Assembly (NCBI GenBank): GCA_041595415.1
Contig: JBFHKI010000001.1
Coordinates: 1 to 33,449, forward strand
Direction: 5' to 3'
DNA: 33,449 nt
DNA from: Pseudomonadales bacterium
GTDB taxonomy: Bacteria > Pseudomonadota > Gammaproteobacteria > Pseudomonadales > GM7GCV1
In this document: one piece after another, positions 1-8,806 of the stretch
Layout of the letters: every line of letters starts with the position of its first letter
Numbering within the stretch: the first letter of the stretch is position 1
Translations under genes and position numbers: made by a program
Notes under the pieces: model-generated
What the model was told of the DNA's origin: nothing
Seen by the model: the letters and a program-made list of their open reading frames with translations, nothing else
The model's database searches: none

Positions 1-535
1 CAAAGGATGCATCACCACCGGCCGTTGCTCCCAAAACTACAGCAGCCAACAAGCCCGCCAGAGTAGCCATAGTTCTTGGTCCTTGCTCGGCTACTGATCG
101 GGCAAAATGTCTTTGGCTCAGATGGGCCATTTCATGGGCGATTACTGAAGCCACTTCATCTTCGCTTTCGGCGTGAAGGAGCAGACCGCTGTGAATACCT
201 ATTATCCCCCCAGGTACAGCAAATGCATTCATGCTCGGGTTGTCTACCACCAAAATCTTTAGCAGGGCGTAATCGCTGAGGCCGTAGGGTTTTAGTTGCG
301 CTACCAGATTCTCAATATAATCCTGCAAGAGGTAATCGCGGTTAATAGGTGTCTGGCGGTAGTAGGAACGCAGCCAAGCCTGGCCGAGTTGTCGTTCCTG
401 CTCTATAGAAATGGGTACAGAGCTACTTTCACCCAAGCTGGGTAATTGTATCTGCGAGCTTTGGGCAATAGTGTGGGACACAAAAAACAGGCTGGTGAAG
501 ATCAGCTTCAAGGTTTTTTTGCGGAAATTAAGCAA
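1..535 (-). CDS. bepA: Beta-barrel assembly-enhancing protease BepA/YfgC-like M48 metalloprotease (N-terminal part; C-terminus lies beyond the window edge)
   Basis: Translated by hand on the minus strand. It is open to position 1, so it is absent from the ORF track. Sequence reads ...RKKTLKLIFTSLFFVSHTIAQS (signal-peptide-like) ...SISIEQERQLGQAWLRSYYRQTPINRDYLLQDYIENL...NPSMNAFAVPGGIIGIHSGLLLHAESEDEVASVIAHEMAHLSQRHFARS. It carries the HExxH zinc motif, and its layout matches the N-terminal half of E. coli BepA. The start is uncertain: TTG at 535 gives a BepA-like N-terminus length, and an in-frame ATG at 595 is the alternative. Confidence 0.8.
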   Translation of the reverse strand, partial: MLNFRKKTLKLIFTSLFFVSHTIAQSSQIQLPSLGESSSVPISIEQERQLGQAWLRSYYRQTPINRDYLLQDYIENLVAQLKPYGLSDYALLKILVVDNPSMNAFAVPGGIIGIHSGLLLHAESEDEVASVIAHEMAHLSQRHFARSVAEQGPRTMATLAGLLAAVVLGATAGGDASF

Positions 536-600
536 TATGGGTTGCCTGTATCTAATGGGAATAACGAAGTTTAAAATTAACTGATAGTTGTGCATTTATC

Positions 601-783
601 ATGCAAATTATCAGCTCTTCACAAATAATTATGATTTGTTCCTGTAAGATTTGTTCGAATAATCTGCATTTAAGAGCAGATATTCGAACAACTGAAGTTC
701 CGGCAGATATAATCGATGGCTTGTTGTGCCCGGAATGTAATTTTATTACTAAATTTTATGCAGACGGGTTGTTCATGGGATAA
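601..783 (+). CDS. Hypothetical 60-aa protein with two CxxC pairs (zinc-ribbon-like); may be spurious
   Basis: ORF track entry. It has C15-K-I-C18 and C43-P-E-C46, 24 residues apart, a spacing typical of a zinc ribbon. There is no Shine-Dalgarno before ATG 601 or the internal ATG 631. It lies in an AT-rich divergent promoter region, so chance is a real possibility. Confidence 0.2.
   Translation: MQIISSSQIIMICSCKICSNNLHLRADIRTTEVPADIIDGLLCPECNFITKFYADGLFMG
654..688. repeat. Inverted repeat TTCGAATAATCTGC-N8-GCAGATATTCGAA (13 bp paired, one bulged A) in the bepA/aceE intergenic region
   Basis: Read directly: left arm 654-667, loop ATTTAAGA 668-675, right arm 676-688. It could be an operator or an RNA hairpin. 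It does not match the PdhR box (TGGT-N3-ACCA type). Confidence 0.4.
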
Positions 784-884
784 AATCAGGGTCAGCCATT
801 CGGAATACATTGGCGAGGCGTAACCCTCGAACAAGAACTTGAAATAAGCCACCTCCGAAATCAACCATCACTAAGGAGCACTGT

Positions 885-3536
885 GTGTCCCAAGATCTAG
901 ATAATCTAGAGCTGAATGAGTGGAAAGATGCCCTCGATTCTCTCATCAAAAATTCTGGCAAACAGCGAGCAGTTGAACTGCTGAGTCAATTGGCTTCTCA
1001 CGCTAGCGGTAAAGGTATAGCAACACCGGCGCTAGTCACAACTCCCTACCGAAATACAATTCCAGTCGAGGAAGAACAGCCCATGGCTGGCGATCTTTTT
1101 GTGGAACGTAAAATTCGCTCCCTGATTCGCTGGAATGCACTGGCTATGGTTACTCGCACCAATACAGATGACAGCAGTCTCGGTGGTCATATTTCGTCTT
1201 TTGCTTCTTCGGCGACACTCTACGAGATAGGGTTAAATCATTTTTTCCGCGGTCCTGATCACCCGGGTGGTGGGGATCTTGTTTTCTTTCAGGGGCACAC
1301 TTCCCCGGGAATGTACGCCCGCTCCTATTTGGAAGGGCGGCTTTCTGAAGATCAGTTGATAAATTTCCGCCGTGAAGTCGATGGAAAGGGACTGTCTTCT
1401 TACCCGCATCCCTGGTTGATGCCGGACTATTGGCAGTTTCCAACGGTCTCCATGGGGTTGGGGCCTATACAGGCGATCTATCTGGCGCATGTAATGAAAT
1501 ATCAGCAGCAGCGTGGCCTGCTGGATCAAAGTGATCGAAAGGTTTGGGCTTTCCTTGGTGACGGCGAAACCGATGAGCCTGAATCTCTGGGTGCAATTGC
1601 TCTTGCCGGGCGAGAGAAGCTGGATAATCTGATCTTTGTAGTGAACTGTAATTTGCAACGGCTGGATGGCCCTGTACGTGGCAACGGCAAAATTATTCAG
1701 GAATTGGAAGGTGTATTCCGCGGTGCCGGTTGGAACGTTATCAAGGTGATATGGGGTCGGCACTGGGATCCCCTGTTCAAGAAAGATGAAAAGGGCAAGT
1801 TGCAGAAATTCCTCGATGAATGTGTTGATGGGGAATATCAGAACTTCAAAAATAATGGCGGTGGTTATGTCCGCGAGCACCTGTTCGGCAAAGATCCTGA
1901 ACTGGGCAAGATGGTGGAGCACCTGTCTGATGATGATATTGCTCACCTCAACCGGGGTGGTCACGATCCCTACAAGGTTTATGCAGCCTATTACGCCGCT
2001 GTGAACCATAAAGACCAACCCACCGTTATTTTGGCGAAAACGGTCAAGGGCTATGGCATAGGTTCCGCCGGTCAAGCCGCAAATGACACCCATTCGATCA
2101 AAAAGTTGGATATTGAGGGATTAAAAGCCTTCAGAGATCGCTTTGGCCTGCCAATCTCGGATGAAGAAATAGCCACGGTTCCCTTTTACCGGCCACCGGA
2201 AGATAGCCCGGAAATTCGTTATCTCCATGAGCGTCGTGAAAAGCTGGGCGGCTTCTTGCCCTCTCGACATTCAGCAGTGGAGACGCTCAAAACACCTCAG
2301 CTGGATGCTTTTGCCAAACAACTCGAAGATACAGGCAAACGTGAAATTTCTTCCACCATGGCTTTTGTGCGAATTCTCAGCACCCTGACTAAGGATAAAG
2401 AAATTGGTCAGCGAGTTGTGCCCATCGTTCCGGATGAGGCCAGAACTTTTGGTATGGAGGGCATGTTCCGTCAATTGGGGATTTATTCCTCTGTGGGACA
2501 AAAATACAAGCCGGTAGATTCCGACCAGATCATGTATTACAAGGAGTCGGAAAACGGACAAATTCTCGAAGAGGGAATTAACGAGGCAGGTGCCATGTCT
2601 TCATGGTTGGCCGCTGCGACATCCTATAGTCACAGCAAGCTCTCGATGATCCCCTTCTATATTTTTTACTCGATGTTCGGTTTCCAGCGCATTGGTGATT
2701 TGGCCTGGGCTGCCGGTGATTTGCAGGCGCGAGGATTTTTGGTAGGGGCTACTGCAGGTCGAACTACTCTTAACGGCGAAGGTTTGCAGCATCAGGATGG
2801 CCATTCGCATCTGATGGCTTCAACCATACCCAATTGCCGCGCCTATGACCCCACTTACAGTTTTGAGTTGGCAGTGATTATTCAGGATGGTATTGAACGC
2901 ATGTATGGAAAGGGTGAAAACTGTTTCTATTACATCACCACTATGAATGAAAACTATCATCATCCTGCAATGCCCGATGGTGCCGAGGAAGGTATCGTCA
3001 AAGGAATTTACCTGCTTGAAAAGGGCAATCAGGGAGAGGGTTTGCGGGTTCAGTTGATGGGGTCGGGTAGTATTCTCAATGAGGTACGAACCGCGGCCAG
3101 AATGTTAAAAGATGACTGGAATATCGATGCGGATATCTGGAGTGTTACCTCGGTAAATGAACTTTTCCGTGAAGCCAAGGATTGTGAACGTTGGAACACC
3201 CTGCATCCTGAAGCAACCCCCAAAGTTCCGTATCTGACGCAGGTTATGGCTGATTACTCCGGTCCCAGAGTGATAGCTACTGATTATATTCACGCCCATA
3301 GCGAGCAATTGCGCAGTTTCGTGTCAGGAACCTATCGGGTATTGGGTACGGATGGTTTTGGGCGCAGCGATACGCGGCCCAAACTGCGCGAGTTTTTTGA
3401 AGTGGATAGTAGATATGTAGTGGTAAATGCGTTATCTGCCTTGCAGGAAGAGGGCAAGGTAGAGGCCGCTCTGGTTGCTGAGGCGATCTCCCGCTACGGG
3501 ATAGATCCAGATAAACCCAACCCCTCAAGTGTTTGA
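885..3536 (+). CDS. aceE: Pyruvate dehydrogenase E1 component (homodimeric type)
   Basis: 883-aa ORF. The GTG start lies 6 nt after AAGGAG (873-878). AceE hallmarks are present: GGHISSFASSATLYEIGLNHFFRG and the ThDP-binding motif FLGDGETDEPESLGAI. aceF follows directly. Confidence 0.97.
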   Translation: MSQDLDNLELNEWKDALDSLIKNSGKQRAVELLSQLASHASGKGIATPALVTTPYRNTIPVEEEQPMAGDLFVERKIRSLIRWNALAMVTRTNTDDSSLGGHISSFASSATLYEIGLNHFFRGPDHPGGGDLVFFQGHTSPGMYARSYLEGRLSEDQLINFRREVDGKGLSSYPHPWLMPDYWQFPTVSMGLGPIQAIYLAHVMKYQQQRGLLDQSDRKVWAFLGDGETDEPESLGAIALAGREKLDNLIFVVNCNLQRLDGPVRGNGKIIQELEGVFRGAGWNVIKVIWGRHWDPLFKKDEKGKLQKFLDECVDGEYQNFKNNGGGYVREHLFGKDPELGKMVEHLSDDDIAHLNRGGHDPYKVYAAYYAAVNHKDQPTVILAKTVKGYGIGSAGQAANDTHSIKKLDIEGLKAFRDRFGLPISDEEIATVPFYRPPEDSPEIRYLHERREKLGGFLPSRHSAVETLKTPQLDAFAKQLEDTGKREISSTMAFVRILSTLTKDKEIGQRVVPIVPDEARTFGMEGMFRQLGIYSSVGQKYKPVDSDQIMYYKESENGQILEEGINEAGAMSSWLAAATSYSHSKLSMIPFYIFYSMFGFQRIGDLAWAAGDLQARGFLVGATAGRTTLNGEGLQHQDGHSHLMASTIPNCRAYDPTYSFELAVIIQDGIERMYGKGENCFYYITTMNENYHHPAMPDGAEEGIVKGIYLLEKGNQGEGLRVQLMGSGSILNEVRTAARMLKDDWNIDADIWSVTSVNELFREAKDCERWNTLHPEATPKVPYLTQVMADYSGPRVIATDYIHAHSEQLRSFVSGTYRVLGTDGFGRSDTRPKLREFFEVDSRYVVVNALSALQEEGKVEAALVAEAISRYGIDPDKPNPSSV

Positions 3537-3560
3537 GCATGATTAAGGAGAAGATTTAAG

Positions 3561-5483
3561 GTGTCTACGACTCAAATTCATGTTCCAGACATAGGCGCAG
3601 ACAGCGCCGAGGTGATTGAGATTTTGGTTGCTGAAGGTGACCAGATCGCGGAAGAGCAATCTATTATTGTGCTGGAATCCGATAAGGCATCTATGGAAGT
3701 TCCGGCTCCCAGCGCCGGACGGATAAGTAAATTACATATCAAGATTGGTGATGAGCTGTCGGAAGGGGCATTGATCGCTGACCTGGAAACTGTCGCAGGG
3801 AATGAGCCGGTGTCGGAAGCCTCAACAGAGCAGCAAGCGCCGACGCAACAGCCTGAAGCGCCAGCCACTCCTAAAATACATTCGGAAAGCCAGATAATTG
3901 CCTACAAGGTTCCTGATATTGGGGCCGATTCTTCCGAAGTTATCGAAATACCTATCGCTCCGGGTGACCGGATTAGTGAAGGCGACACTATCTGTGTAGC
4001 CGAATCGGACAAGGCATCTCTGGAAATACCGGCTGAAGCCGATGGTGTTGTGGAATCCATCGCAATTTCTGTGGGTGACAATATTAGTCAGGGCGATGCT
4101 CTGGTTGAGTTGAAAGTGACGGTTGAGGTTGAGGCCGAAGAGGTCTCTGTTTCATCTGCTTCAGTTCCGCAAAATGAAAAAAGCCCTGTAGAGCCCGCCG
4201 CGCCCACCTCGGTTAAGCCCCAGGAAAAAAGTTTTCTGGTGCCTGATATTGGCTCGGATACGGCCGAGGTAATTGAATTGAATGTCGCCGTGGGCGATGA
4301 AATCACCGAAGGCGACACTATCTGTGTAGCTGAATCGGACAAGGCATCTCTGGAAGTGCCCGCCGAAGCCAGTGGCAAGGTGCTTGCCCTTTACATAAAA
4401 GAGGGTGACAGCATTTCGCAAGGTGCTGCCTTGATAGATCTGTTGGTACAAGAAGGTCTCGAATCAGAACCTGCTGTCCGGCCTGCAGGTACGAATGAAG
4501 CGGCGGAACCGGTTGCCCCCGTTGCGGTGCCAAGCAGTTCCACATCGTCGTCTGGCCCGGTTTCGGCACCACCAGCTGGAGCCGGAGGCAGTGTTTATGC
4601 CGGTCCGGCGGTACGCAAACTGGCACGGGAGTTAGGTGTAGACCTGACCAAAGTTCCGGCTACCGGGGCTCGTGGTCGAATTCTCAAGGACGATTTGCAT
4701 AACTATGTGAAAAAAGCTTTGGCATCTGGAGGTGCCTCTCCGTCTGCTGCTGCCATACCTTCAGCGCCCAAAGTCGACTGGGGCAAGTTTGGGGATATCC
4801 GTACTCAACCAATGTCGAAAATCCAGCGGGTCACCGCTGATAATATGAGCCGTTGTTGGCTCAACGTGCCCCATGTCACCCAGTTTGACGATGCCGATGT
4901 CACAGAGGTTGAAGAGTACCGCCAAAGCCTGAAGGCCGAGGGCGAAGAGAAAGGTATCAAGATGACACCGGTGGCTTTTCTGATCAAATTGGCGGCAAAG
5001 GCTCTGGTTGAAAATCCGAAATTCAATTCAAGTATCCATGAAGATGGTAAAACACTGGTCTTCCGAGAGTACTGTCATATAGGCCTCGCTGTGGACACCC
5101 CAGCGGGACTTATGGTGCCGGTTATCCGTGACGCTGACCAAAAGGATATTTGGCAGTTGGCGGCCGAGGTAATTGAATTGGCTACCAAAGCAAAAGAAGG
5201 CAAGTTGAAACCCAACGAAATGCAGGGTGCCTGTTTTACCATTTCCAGTTTGGGTGCCATTGGCGGTCGAGGCTTTACACCTATTGTGCCATCGCCTCAG
5301 GTGGGTATTCTGGGTGTTTCCAAAACCTCAATTCAGCCGGTTTGGGATGGCAGTAATTTTGTACCCCGCAAGATGATGCCCTTGGCATTGTCCTATGATC
5401 ACCGCGCGGTTAATGGTGGTGATGCCGGACGCTTCTTAACCTTTCTGGTAGAGCAGTTTTCCTCGGTAGACAATTTGCGTTAG
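3561..5483 (+). CDS. aceF: Dihydrolipoamide acetyltransferase E2 of pyruvate dehydrogenase, with three lipoyl domains
   Basis: 640 aa. There are three lipoyl domains with lipoyl-lysine motifs ESDKASMEVP, ESDKASLEIP and ESDKASLEVP, joined by Ala/Pro-rich linkers. The E3-binding domain is present (YAGPAVRKLARELGVDLTKV). The catalytic domain carries LSYDHRAVNGGDAGRF. Confidence 0.97.
   Translation: MSTTQIHVPDIGADSAEVIEILVAEGDQIAEEQSIIVLESDKASMEVPAPSAGRISKLHIKIGDELSEGALIADLETVAGNEPVSEASTEQQAPTQQPEAPATPKIHSESQIIAYKVPDIGADSSEVIEIPIAPGDRISEGDTICVAESDKASLEIPAEADGVVESIAISVGDNISQGDALVELKVTVEVEAEEVSVSSASVPQNEKSPVEPAAPTSVKPQEKSFLVPDIGSDTAEVIELNVAVGDEITEGDTICVAESDKASLEVPAEASGKVLALYIKEGDSISQGAALIDLLVQEGLESEPAVRPAGTNEAAEPVAPVAVPSSSTSSSGPVSAPPAGAGGSVYAGPAVRKLARELGVDLTKVPATGARGRILKDDLHNYVKKALASGGASPSAAAIPSAPKVDWGKFGDIRTQPMSKIQRVTADNMSRCWLNVPHVTQFDDADVTEVEEYRQSLKAEGEEKGIKMTPVAFLIKLAAKALVENPKFNSSIHEDGKTLVFREYCHIGLAVDTPAGLMVPVIRDADQKDIWQLAAEVIELATKAKEGKLKPNEMQGACFTISSLGAIGGRGFTPIVPSPQVGILGVSKTSIQPVWDGSNFVPRKMMPLALSYDHRAVNGGDAGRFLTFLVEQFSSVDNLR
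3978..4355 (+). repeat. Intragenic direct repeat: 48-nt segments of lipoyl domains 2 and 3 that are 47/48 identical (3978-4025 and 4308-4355, 330 nt apart)
   Basis: GAAGGCGACACTATCTGTGTAGC(C/T)GAATCGGACAAGGCATCTCTGGAA occurs twice in the same frame and encodes EGDTICVAESDKASLE both times. The equivalent part of domain 1 is clearly more diverged. Confidence 0.9.
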
Positions 5484-5574
5484 AGGCTGGCAGCAGAAAT
5501 TCTTTGATAGGTGCTAAAGACGGCGATAATCGCCGCCTTTGTGTGTATAGACCCTTTGGTCGAGTGAAATAGGC

Positions 5575-7359
5575 ATGGCGATAACGGACTTTTTAGCGGG
5601 ATGGAATGGCAGCATCACCTTTGCTGTTGTTTTAATCTGTCTGGTAATTCTCTATCGCACCAACCTGGCTGCGGACGCCGTGCTTATGTCGGGAGCAGCA
5701 GTTCTGATGCTGTTAGGGGTTATCTCACCAGCCGAGCTATTGGGCGGATTCTCCAACTTGGGTTTGGCCACTGTAGCGGCACTTTATATAGTAGCTGCCG
5801 GCTTAACCCGTACCGGAGCTTTGTTCAGTTTAACGGATTTGCTATTGGGCCGAACCAAGGGTGTAAGGCGTGCGCAATTACGCCTGATGGCACCAGTGGC
5901 GGTTATGAGCTCTGTGCTGAATAACACACCCGTGGTAGCCATGATGATACCCATTGTCAGTGACTGGGCGAAACGCTCGGGAATACATATTTCCAAGCTG
6001 ATGATGCCTCTCAGTTATGCGGCTATTGTCGGTGGTCTTTGTACAGTAATAGGTACCAGTACCAATCTTGTGGTGAACGATATGCTGGCCGATGAATCGG
6101 CAGGCCTGGCACTGTTTGAGTTGGCATGGATTGGGGTTCCGGCCGTTCTATTAACCATCCTTTATGTATTGCTGGCAGGGGGAAGGCTGTTACCGGCCAG
6201 AGGAGACGCGGGTGTAACCTTTGGAGATGGCACCCAGTACACGCTGGAGATGCTGGTTGACCGAGAAGGCCCCTTGGTAGGGCGCAGTATTGAATCGGCT
6301 GGATTGCGGAATCTGGCCGGGGTGTTTCTGGTTGAAATATGCCGTGATGAACGTGTTATTGCAGCGGTTTCTCCCGCTGAAACGCTGCTGGGCGGTGATC
6401 GGCTTATCTTTGCCGGCGATGTTTCCTCTGTTGTTGATTTGCAGAAAATGCGCGGTTTGTCGCTGGCCGAAGATTCGGTTTTTAAAATTGATGGTGACCG
6501 ATCCCAGCGTAAGTTTGTGGAAGTGGTTATCGGCAACAATTACCCTTATCTGGGAAAAACCGTTCGCGATAGTGAATTTCGCAACAAGTATGGTGCGGCC
6601 ATTATCGCCATCAGCCGAGATGGTGAAAGAATCCGCCAGCGGGTAGGTGATGTGCGGATTGCGAGGGGAGATGTGCTGTTGCTTGAGACTCCGGCGGACT
6701 TTACCCAATCTCGCCGGCATGCACGTGACTTTCTGGTCATGGCCGAAATCGATCAATCTCAACCTGTGTTGCACGAGCGGCGCTATGTCGCTTTGTTTAT
6801 TCTTTTTGCGCAGTTGGTTCTGGCGGCTTCTGGTCTGTTGACTGTGTTTGAAGCGGCATGTGGTGCGGTTATTTTATTGCTCCTGAGTCGTTGTATCTCT
6901 CTGGACGAGTCACGGCAAAGTATTGACTGGTCGGTGTTGATGGTAATTGGAGCATCTATCGCCATAGGAACAGCGGTCGAAACTACCGGGCTGGCATCAA
7001 ATCTTGCCTTCGATATTGTTCTGGCTGTCCAGAACTCTCCGATTCTGGCGTTGGCTGTGCTCTATTTGATTACTGCGGTACTTACGGCACTGGTAAGCAA
7101 CATGGCGGCTGCGGTGATCCTTTTCCCGGTTGCCCAGCAAACAGCCGCGCAGTTAGGAGTGGATTTGACCCCTTTCGCAGTGATGTTAATGGTAGGGGCA
7201 TCTGCCAGCTTCGCGACGCCAATAGGCTATCAAACCAATCTGATGGTTTATGGACCTGGTAATTATCGTTATCGCGACTTTTTGGTCATGGGTGGCCCCC
7301 TGACGCTATTACTCGGCTTATTGAGCCTGGTGATAGTGCCTCTCGTCTGGCCGTTTTAA
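5575..7359 (+). CDS. SLC13/DASS-family anion permease with two central TrkA-C (RCK_C) domains (YfbS-like)
   Basis: 594 aa. Strongly hydrophobic N- and C-terminal halves flank two soluble repeats (...LVGRSIESAGLRNLAGVFLVEICRDERVI... and ...YLGKTVRDSEFRNKYGAAIIAISRDGERI...). This architecture is typical of TrkA-C-containing SLC13 permeases. The substrate cannot be predicted from the sequence. Confidence 0.85.
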   Translation: MAITDFLAGWNGSITFAVVLICLVILYRTNLAADAVLMSGAAVLMLLGVISPAELLGGFSNLGLATVAALYIVAAGLTRTGALFSLTDLLLGRTKGVRRAQLRLMAPVAVMSSVLNNTPVVAMMIPIVSDWAKRSGIHISKLMMPLSYAAIVGGLCTVIGTSTNLVVNDMLADESAGLALFELAWIGVPAVLLTILYVLLAGGRLLPARGDAGVTFGDGTQYTLEMLVDREGPLVGRSIESAGLRNLAGVFLVEICRDERVIAAVSPAETLLGGDRLIFAGDVSSVVDLQKMRGLSLAEDSVFKIDGDRSQRKFVEVVIGNNYPYLGKTVRDSEFRNKYGAAIIAISRDGERIRQRVGDVRIARGDVLLLETPADFTQSRRHARDFLVMAEIDQSQPVLHERRYVALFILFAQLVLAASGLLTVFEAACGAVILLLLSRCISLDESRQSIDWSVLMVIGASIAIGTAVETTGLASNLAFDIVLAVQNSPILALAVLYLITAVLTALVSNMAAAVILFPVAQQTAAQLGVDLTPFAVMLMVGASASFATPIGYQTNLMVYGPGNYRYRDFLVMGGPLTLLLGLLSLVIVPLVWPF

Positions 7360-7375
7360 CAACTGTAAAAACTTG

Positions 7376-8746
7376 TCAATCAGCTGCTTTGTCTTTGCTA
7401 CGGCAGGTCAGTACTTGCAGATCAATCGATCCATCCTGGAGTAAAGCTTGCAACTGTTGCTCCGGTTGCACTGTATCCACACTTTTTATCACTTGACCTT
7501 CTTCTGTCAGTAAAACTGAATAACCACGGCTCAGGGTCGACATTGGACTTACCGCTTCCAAATGTCGACAGGTTTGGGCGAGCGAGTGACCCAGGGTTCC
7601 CGTAATTTGGGCACCAAGGCGGTTCAGTTTGAGGCGGTTTTCGCCAAGCCTTGCTCGGGCTTCTTTTACCAACTGCTGTGCTGAGCGAGCTCTCAGACGT
7701 TGGCTGAGTATTTGTGTTTGGTAACTTTTTTTATCGAGATAGCGATTGAGTAAAGCGAGCTGTTTTTGCTGAATTTGGTCCAGCCTTTGCTGGGAGTTTT
7801 GCAATCTGTGCAAGGGGCTTTGCAGCAGGTTGCGCAGTTGTATCAGTTTTGTTTTTTCCTCTGTCAGTTTGTTTGTCAGCCCCTGGTTTAATCGGTTGTA
7901 CAGGCGATCGATATCTGAGTTCAGGTTGCTATAGGACTTGAGTATCTGTTCGGCCGCAGCAGTAGGTGTTGCCGATCGCATATCCGCAACAAAGTCACTT
8001 ATAGTGATATCCGTTTCATGGCCAACAGCGCTGACCAAAGGGGTTTTTGTGGCAAAAATAGCTCTGGCCAGGGATTCGTCGTTAAAGCAGAAAAGATCCT
8101 CGTAGGAGCCGCCGCCACGGCTAAGCAGGATCAGGTCGACACCACTGGTGTTGTCAGCGGCCTGCAAAGCAGAGATCAATTGTGATGGGGCTTCTTCACC
8201 CTGAACCTGCGATGGAAAAACCTGAATACAACCACCGTATCTGTGTCGCCGAAATACCGTGAGAATATCTTCCAGAGCAGCACCGGTAGCGGAAGTAATC
8301 AGAGCTATATGCTCCGGATACTTGGGTAGCTCTTTTTTATATTCTGCGCCAAACAGACCTTCGGAAATGAGTTTCGCCTTTAGCTCTTCAAATTTTTTGT
8401 GCAGGGCGCCTGCGCCTCGTGGTTCCAGATGGTTGAGAATTAGTTGCAGATCTCCACGCGCCTCGTAGAGGCTGAAACGACCACAGATCAGAACTTCATC
8501 CCCGACTTTGGGCTTTTGGCAGCGGATATTGGCGCTCTTGAACATTACGCAGCGTATCTGGGCTTTATCGTCTTTGAGCGACAGATACCAATGCCCGGAA
8601 ACCGGTGTGGTGATGGAGGCTATTTCGCCAGCTACCCAGAGATTGGCAAATTTTTCTTCAAGAAGTGTTCGGGTTTTTGTGCAGAGATCGCTGACGGAAT
8701 GGACCGCTCGAATAGAATCATTTGCAAGAGAGTTGGAAAGCATCAT
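7376..8746 (-). CDS. xseA: Exodeoxyribonuclease VII large subunit
   Basis: 456 aa. It has the N-terminal OB-fold signature NLWVAGEIASITTPVSGHWYLSLKDDKAQIRCVMFK and a long coiled C-terminal half. It is divergent from guaB, as in E. coli. Confidence 0.95.
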   Translation of the reverse strand: MMLSNSLANDSIRAVHSVSDLCTKTRTLLEEKFANLWVAGEIASITTPVSGHWYLSLKDDKAQIRCVMFKSANIRCQKPKVGDEVLICGRFSLYEARGDLQLILNHLEPRGAGALHKKFEELKAKLISEGLFGAEYKKELPKYPEHIALITSATGAALEDILTVFRRHRYGGCIQVFPSQVQGEEAPSQLISALQAADNTSGVDLILLSRGGGSYEDLFCFNDESLARAIFATKTPLVSAVGHETDITISDFVADMRSATPTAAAEQILKSYSNLNSDIDRLYNRLNQGLTNKLTEEKTKLIQLRNLLQSPLHRLQNSQQRLDQIQQKQLALLNRYLDKKSYQTQILSQRLRARSAQQLVKEARARLGENRLKLNRLGAQITGTLGHSLAQTCRHLEAVSPMSTLSRGYSVLLTEEGQVIKSVDTVQPEQQLQALLQDGSIDLQVLTCRSKDKAAD

Positions 8747-8781
8747 TTACCCGGATTTCGCACGCGACTATAATGTCGCGT
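8746..8781 (+). promoter_or_regulatory. Putative guaB sigma70 promoter (TTTACC-N17-TATAAT), with the -10 hexamer enclosed by the palindrome ACGCGAC-TATAAT-GTCGCGT
   Basis: -35 TTTACC at 8746-8751, a 17-nt spacer, and -10 TATAAT at 8769-8774. Perfect 7-bp arms sit at 8762-8768 and 8775-8781. A GC-rich stretch (GTCGCGTTC) lies just downstream of the -10, and the guaB ATG is at 8807. Confidence 0.45.
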
Positions 8782-8806
8782 TCACTTCGAGGACAGTCCC
8801 AGCGAT

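Noticed and set aside
1233-2093. Long antisense or alternative-frame ORFs inside well-supported genes: 1233-2093(-) in aceE, 6190-6774(-) in the permease, 18397-18927(+) in mnmA, 20749-21603(-) in idh, 24328-24741(-) in clpA, 25789-26415(+) in bpt, and many shorter ones.
   Set aside because: Each lies entirely within a gene whose product has unmistakable family motifs on the other strand or in another frame. Their translations are low-complexity, Arg/Ser/Cys-rich and motif-free, as expected of shadow ORFs in moderate-GC DNA.
4261-4280. An exact 20-nt repeat, CGGCCGAGGTAATTGAATTG, at 4261-4280 (lipoyl domain 3) and 5161-5180 (catalytic domain) of aceF, exactly 900 nt apart and in the same frame. 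Both copies encode AEVIEL.
   Set aside because: It is statistically unusual, but it is short, has no flanking similarity and lies in non-homologous domains. Most likely the same hexapeptide is encoded with preferred codons, or there was a tiny conversion tract. I can propose no function.
5506-5517. A 12-mer, GATAGGTGCTAA, shared by two intergenic regions (5506-5517 after aceF and 13679-13690 upstream of the lux box).
   Set aside because: Dozens of 12-mer coincidences are expected by chance among all position pairs in a 33-kb window. There is no extended similarity or dyad symmetry around either copy.
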